Shown in pieces: positions 59,129 through 64,000 of a stretch of 64,000 nucleotides of DNA. How positions within the stretch are numbered: the stretch's first letter is position 1; the number at the start of each line of letters is the position of its first letter. Position numbers and translations under genes: made by a program. This stretch comes from an uncultured Anaerolineae bacterium (GTDB taxonomy: Bacteria > Chloroflexota > Anaerolineae > JAADDB01), in NCBI GenBank assembly GCA_964487375.1, contig CAZAQA010000007.1:46168-110167 (forward strand). The letters run 5' to 3'. Under the pieces are notes generated by a model, which was not told the DNA's origin, made no database searches, and was given only the letters and a program-made list of their open reading frames with translations.

Positions 59129-61327
59129 ATGCACGAGAAGCACACCCATGATCCTGGACATGAGGAACATGTCCACCCCGCGGGTCACAGCCATGGATCC
59201 GTGGATCACAACGAACATACATCCCACGTTACACACGCCGAGCACAGCAAGCACGGCGACCATGAAAGCCACCAGACACACGCCGAACACGGCAGCCACG
59301 AAGGGCATGGAGAACATGGAGGGCACGAGGGGCACGAAGGGCATGAAGAGCATGGCGGTCACCACAGCCATCACGCCCATATGGTGGCCGACTTCCGCCG
59401 TCGCTTCTTCATCGCCCTGGTATTGACCATCCCTATCATACTCACGGCGCCCCTCGTTCAGCGCGTCTTTGGCTTTACCTTGTCGCTTCCGGGTGACCCC
59501 TGGACGCGCTGGGTGCTCTCCTCCATTGTCTTCTTCTACGGCGGCTGGCCATTCCTCAAAGGCTTCGTGGACGAGATGCGTCAGCGTCAACCGGGCATGA
59601 TGACGTTGATTGCGCTGGCCATCACCGTGGCTTACGTCTACTCCAGCGCGGTCGTCTTCGGCCTAAAGGGGAAAGTCTTTTTCTGGGAACTGGCCAGCCT
59701 GATCGTGGTCATGCTCTTGGGCCACTGGATCGAGATGCGTTCTATCCTGGGCGCGTCACGAGCCCTGGAAGAACTGGTCAAACTCTTGCCTGCAGAAGCT
59801 CACCTTGTGTTACCCGACGGTGCGGAGAAGGACGTGCCCGTCAGTGAGCTCAAACCCAACGACCGAGTGCGCGTCCGCCCTGGGGAGCAAATCCCCGTGG
59901 ACGGCGTGGTGGTCGAAGGCGCGTCCAACGTCAACGAAGCCATGCTCACCGGTGAGTCCAAGCCGGTGTCCAAAGGGGTGGGCGACCAGGTCATCGGTGG
60001 GGCGCTCAACGGCGAAGGGTCGCTGGTTATCGAGGTGCAGCGCACGGGCAAGGACACCTACCTGGCTCAGGTTATCGACCTGGTACGTCAGGCCCAGGAG
60101 ACCCGCTCTCGTACTCAGGACCTGGCCAACCGCGCTGCACTCTGGTTGACGATTATCGCCATCACCGTAGGAGCGGGAACGTTTGTTATCTGGCTGGCGC
60201 TGGGTAAGGATCTGGCCTTCGCGCTGGAACGGACGGTTACCGTGATGGTTATCGCCTGCCCTCACGCGCTAGGCCTGGCCGTACCCCTAGTAGTGGCCGT
60301 CTCCACGTCTCTCTCGGCGCAGAACGGCCTGCTCATTCGCGACCGCAGCGCGTTCGAACGAGGCAAGGACGTGAACGCCGTCATTTTCGACAAGACAGGC
60401 ACCCTCACGGAGGGACGCTTCGGTGTCACCGACGCCATCTCCCTCGGCGAGCGAGACGAGGACGACGTCCTGCGCCTGGCTGCATCTCTGGAGTGGGCCT
60501 CAGAACATCCCATCGCGCGCGGTATTGTGGAGAGCGCCCAGACGCGAGGCATGCGTCCCGTTCCTGTAGCAGATTTTCGTGCCCTCCCTGGCAAGGGCGT
60601 GGAGGGACACATCGACGGGCATCTCTATCGTGTGGTCAGTCCTGGCTATCTCACCGAGAACGGATTGGATGTCAAAGATGCACGTGTGGTTGAAGCCGCA
60701 GCCCAGGGCAAGACTGTGGTCTTCCTGCTGGAAGGGAACAAGGTTATCGGTGCCATCGGCCTGGCCGACATCGTCCGTCCTGAGTCCATTGAGGCGGTGA
60801 AGCGACTCAAGGATATGGGGGTGCAGGTCATGATGCTGACAGGGGATAGCAGGCAGGTAGCTGCCTGGGTGGCCCAGGAAATCGGCCTGGATGAGTTCTT
60901 TGCCGAGGTACTGCCCCACGAGAAGGCGGCGAAGGTGAAGGAAGTACAATCCCGCGGCATGATTGTGGCCATGGTGGGTGACGGTGTGAACGATGCTCCG
61001 GCACTGGTTCAGGCAGACGTGGGCATTGCCATCGGCGCAGGCACAGACGTGGCTGTGGAAGCCGCGGACATCGTGCTGGTGCGCAATGATCCACGAGACG
61101 TGGTCGCCGTGGTTCGCCTGTCCAAGGCTACCTACCGCAAGATGCAGGAGAATCTTCTCTGGGCTACGGGCTATAATGCTCTGGCCATTCCGTTGGCCGC
61201 GGGTATCTTATATCCGGTAGGGATTCTGCTTTCGCCCGCGTTTGGCGCCCTGCTCATGTCTCTCTCTACCGTCATCGTGGCCGTGAACGCCCAGCGTTTG
61301 TGGAGTTTCAAGCGCCAGGCAGTGTAA
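59129..61327 (+). CDS. copB: Heavy-metal P1B-type ATPase, CopB-like (CPH motif; His-rich N-terminus)
   Basis: Start at the ATG after GGAGAGGAGG. About 80-aa His-rich N-terminal tail. TM CPH motif (IACPHALG). DKTGT and GDGVNDAP motifs. Confidence 0.8.
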   Translation: MHEKHTHDPGHEEHVHPAGHSHGSVDHNEHTSHVTHAEHSKHGDHESHQTHAEHGSHEGHGEHGGHEGHEGHEEHGGHHSHHAHMVADFRRRFFIALVLTIPIILTAPLVQRVFGFTLSLPGDPWTRWVLSSIVFFYGGWPFLKGFVDEMRQRQPGMMTLIALAITVAYVYSSAVVFGLKGKVFFWELASLIVVMLLGHWIEMRSILGASRALEELVKLLPAEAHLVLPDGAEKDVPVSELKPNDRVRVRPGEQIPVDGVVVEGASNVNEAMLTGESKPVSKGVGDQVIGGALNGEGSLVIEVQRTGKDTYLAQVIDLVRQAQETRSRTQDLANRAALWLTIIAITVGAGTFVIWLALGKDLAFALERTVTVMVIACPHALGLAVPLVVAVSTSLSAQNGLLIRDRSAFERGKDVNAVIFDKTGTLTEGRFGVTDAISLGERDEDDVLRLAASLEWASEHPIARGIVESAQTRGMRPVPVADFRALPGKGVEGHIDGHLYRVVSPGYLTENGLDVKDARVVEAAAQGKTVVFLLEGNKVIGAIGLADIVRPESIEAVKRLKDMGVQVMMLTGDSRQVAAWVAQEIGLDEFFAEVLPHEKAAKVKEVQSRGMIVAMVGDGVNDAPALVQADVGIAIGAGTDVAVEAADIVLVRNDPRDVVAVVRLSKATYRKMQENLLWATGYNALAIPLAAGILYPVGILLSPAFGALLMSLSTVIVAVNAQRLWSFKRQAV

Positions 61328-61435
61328 CGTCATACCTTTGGGCGAAGGCGGACAAGCATACCGACTGATTAGCACCAGGGGGAGCACCGCCATGCTGTGT
61401 TCCCCCTGCTCTCAAGGGGAAAGAAGGCTTATGGC

Positions 61436-64000
61436 ATGAACATACACAAAGATACAATCCTGATCACGGGTACCAGCGGACGGCTCGGTTATCCCGTGGC
61501 CCAGAAGTTAGCATTATCCTACAACGTTGTTGGCTTTGACCGCCGTGCCCCCTCCCATCCTCCTCCCACTGCGGAATGTTTGTACGTGGACCTCGTTTCA
61601 GAAGAAAGCGTCCGTCGTGGATTGCAAGCCATTTTGGATCTTCACGGCAACCATTTTACGTCGGTTATCCATCTTGCCGCGTACTACGATTTCTCAGGTA
61701 TGCCCAGTCCCCTTTATGACCAGGTGACCGTTCAGGGCACAGCGCGACTGCTTGAACTGTTACACGAATTAGGCTTTCAAGTGGACCAGTTCATCTTCTC
61801 CAGTACCGAGTTAGTGCACGCACCCTCCCGCCCTGGCGAACGTATCACGGAGGATTTTCCTCTCCGCCCCGCCTGGCTTTATCCCGAGTCCAAAGTCAAG
61901 ACCGAACGCGTCATCCACAACTTGCGGGGGGACATTCCCGCGGTTATCCTGCGCATTGGGGGAGTCTATGATGACTTGTGCGACTCCATTCCCCTTGCCC
62001 AGCAGATTCAGCGCATTTACGAACAGGATATCACCGCGTACTTATTCCCGGGCGATCTCTCCGCGGGCCGTCAAGCATTTGTGCATCTGGACGATGTAGT
62101 TGATGCCATTCTGCTTGCAGTGGAGCGGCGTAAGGAACTGCCGCCAGAATCGGTCTTCCTCATTGGCGAGGAGGACTCTCTCAGTTATGGTGAGCTGCAG
62201 GAGATGTTCGGTGAACTTGTCCACGGTGTTGCCTGGCGAACATTTTCCATTCCCAAATCGTTGGCCAAGGTTGGGGCCTGGTTGCAGGACAGATTGCCTC
62301 TGAACCGCCCCCCTTTTATCAAACCATGGATGATCGACTTGGCCGATGACAACTTCGAGGTGGATATCACGCGCGCTCGCACCCTCCTGGGATGGGAGCC
62401 CAAACATTCCCTGCGCGAGACGCTGCCCAAGATGGTGCTGGCCCTCAAAGCCGATCCCTTTGCTTGGTACCGCGAAAACGGATTGAAGCGACCACTGTGG
62501 CTTGAGGAACTGGCTCCGTCCAAAGAGTTGGCCGACGAGATGGTCCCCCAGGAGCTGATGCGGCTGGGAGAAGAAGTGCAGCAGGTTATTGCTTCTCCCG
62601 CCAAGGGCGTGTCCAGCCCGGCACAGGAGCACGCGGAGATGCACAGCCATGATATGGTCATGTCTCCGCCTAATGAGGCCGAGGCTGAACTACGCGCTCA
62701 CGAAGCTGAGCTGGAACGGTTGCGCGTGTTGCAGGCGCGGCTGGAACGTGCTTACGAGCGCGAGGTAGTCGCACAGCGTGAGGAAGACGCGCTCGCCCAT
62801 CGCTTGATGGAGAGCGACCCGCGACGCCACGTGGAAGTCATGAAGATGAAGCAGAAGCACCGCCAGTTGGCCCTCGAACTACCTCGCGTCCTATTGCAGT
62901 ACGAAGCCCAGGTCTATCAGGCGCTGCTGAAAGCGTGGCAGGTAGCCAGTGTCCGCTGGCCCGACACTAGCACCATGATGGCGAACATGGTGGGCATGGC
63001 ACGCTGGTCCCAGATCCCTCTCCTCGTGCTGGGTGCTTGGCTCATTTCCAGTCCGTTCATTATGGGATATAAGACGCCTGGGTCCGTGTGGAGTGATGTT
63101 ATCAGTGGTGTGCTGGTTATGGTGCTGGCTTTACTGGCCTTTCGCACGGGTCGGGCCTTGTTTGCCTGGGGAAGCGCGTTTGTAGGGCTGTGGCTGGCCC
63201 TTTCCCCCCTCATCTTCTGGACGCCAAGCGCGGCCGCGTATGGCAACGACACCCTGGTGGGAATGCTGGTCATCACCTTTGCCGTGCTCATTCCCATGAT
63301 GATGAAGATGCCGGGACCTGAAGTGCCTCTAGGGTGGTCGTACAATCCTTCCAGTTGGATGCAGCGGGCACCCATCCTTGCCCTGGCTATGGTGAGTTTC
63401 CTCATGTCCCGCTACATGGCAGCGTTTCAGTTAGGGCATATCTCCTGGGCCTGGGATCCCGTCTTTGCAAAGGGGACCGTACAGGTACTCACGTCCGATG
63501 TGTCCAAAGCCTTTCCCATTTCGGATGCCGGGCTGGGCGCGTTCACCTACCTGGTGGAATTGCTCTCGGGGTTCATGGGGGATGCGCGGCGCTGGCGCAC
63601 CATGCCCTGGATGGTGGCCCTGTTCGGCTTCATGGTCGTGCCTCTAGGCATAGTAAGTGTGATTCTGGTCACGTTGCAACCTGTGGCTGTGGGCGCATGG
63701 TGCTTGTGGTGTCTTCTCTCCGCCTTTTTCATGCTTATCATGGTAGCGCTGTCGCTGGATGAGGTGATTGCCATGCTTCAATATCTGCTGCAAGCGCGAC
63801 GCGCGGGCAAGTCGGTCTGGCACACCTTCTGGCTGGGTGGTGACGCTCTAGGCGATTATCTCACACCTCAGCGGCCCACGAGACCTGCTCGTTTCGGTGA
63901 AATGTTCTGGGGGATGCGCGTTCCCTGGAATCTGCTGGTTGTTGCGGGCCTGGGGGTCTGGTTGATGATGTCGCCTTCCATCTTCGGAACAGGAGGGGTA
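61436..64000 (+). CDS. NAD-dependent epimerase/dehydratase domain fused to a coiled-coil linker and a C-terminal SPW-repeat-like/CxxC polytopic membrane domain; 3'-truncated at the window end
   Basis: Open frame of 855 codons with no stop before position 64000, so it is missing from the six-frame track. Rossmann GxxGxxG motif (ITGTSGRLGYPV). Heptad-rich AEAELRAHEAELERLRVLQARLERAYE. TM helices containing SP motifs (LISSPFIMGY, LALSPLIFW, MMSPSIFG) and CLWC. Confidence 0.6.
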   Translation, partial: MNIHKDTILITGTSGRLGYPVAQKLALSYNVVGFDRRAPSHPPPTAECLYVDLVSEESVRRGLQAILDLHGNHFTSVIHLAAYYDFSGMPSPLYDQVTVQGTARLLELLHELGFQVDQFIFSSTELVHAPSRPGERITEDFPLRPAWLYPESKVKTERVIHNLRGDIPAVILRIGGVYDDLCDSIPLAQQIQRIYEQDITAYLFPGDLSAGRQAFVHLDDVVDAILLAVERRKELPPESVFLIGEEDSLSYGELQEMFGELVHGVAWRTFSIPKSLAKVGAWLQDRLPLNRPPFIKPWMIDLADDNFEVDITRARTLLGWEPKHSLRETLPKMVLALKADPFAWYRENGLKRPLWLEELAPSKELADEMVPQELMRLGEEVQQVIASPAKGVSSPAQEHAEMHSHDMVMSPPNEAEAELRAHEAELERLRVLQARLERAYEREVVAQREEDALAHRLMESDPRRHVEVMKMKQKHRQLALELPRVLLQYEAQVYQALLKAWQVASVRWPDTSTMMANMVGMARWSQIPLLVLGAWLISSPFIMGYKTPGSVWSDVISGVLVMVLALLAFRTGRALFAWGSAFVGLWLALSPLIFWTPSAAAYGNDTLVGMLVITFAVLIPMMMKMPGPEVPLGWSYNPSSWMQRAPILALAMVSFLMSRYMAAFQLGHISWAWDPVFAKGTVQVLTSDVSKAFPISDAGLGAFTYLVELLSGFMGDARRWRTMPWMVALFGFMVVPLGIVSVILVTLQPVAVGAWCLWCLLSAFFMLIMVALSLDEVIAMLQYLLQARRAGKSVWHTFWLGGDALGDYLTPQRPTRPARFGEMFWGMRVPWNLLVVAGLGVWLMMSPSIFGTGGV

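Overview
This 64-kb window is high-GC bacterial chromosome with thermophile-like codon usage and many Thr/Pro-rich linkers, possibly from the Chloroflexota or Actinomycetota; the assignment is tentative. It is mostly housekeeping and accessory metabolism. Genes supported by the sequence include: glycogen genes glgX and glgP; a ClC chloride channel; a DUF362 protein; a RodA/FtsW-family protein next to minE; a cupin; a DEAD-box helicase; a TGS-domain uridine-kinase-like protein; glycerate kinase; a NUDIX CoA pyrophosphatase; a complete caa3-type cytochrome c oxidase operon (ctaC, ctaD, a small subunit, ctaE, ctaG, SURF1); UbiB; an orphan OmpR-type response regulator; speH and speE; a PstS-like lipoprotein; UppP; a BMP-family nucleoside-type ABC transporter; an ECF transporter module (fused EcfAA', EcfT, S component) with M20 and DmpA/S58 peptidases embedded in it; a DinB-like protein; a large AfsR/SARP-like regulator with a STAND NTPase and TPR repeats; a PLP enzyme like sphingosine-1-phosphate lyase next to an FGGY kinase; and a rhodanese-DUF302-CopB copper cluster. 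Features that look unusual: a roughly 180-bp MITE-like repeat present in three intergenic copies, two of which flank the DinB plus AfsR-like block in direct orientation; a 994-aa GT-C glycosyltransferase fused to PA14 and NPCBM lectin domains; a 1698-aa secreted protein combining a BNR propeller, three DNRLRE/CBM96-like domains and a glycoside-hydrolase-like domain, joined by Thr/Pro linkers; and an 855-aa (3'-truncated) fusion of an NAD-dependent epimerase, a coiled coil and an SPW-repeat/CxxC membrane domain that runs off the window end. No rRNA, tRNA or CRISPR array was seen. All calls rest on reading the sequence and on recall of protein families; no database search was possible.
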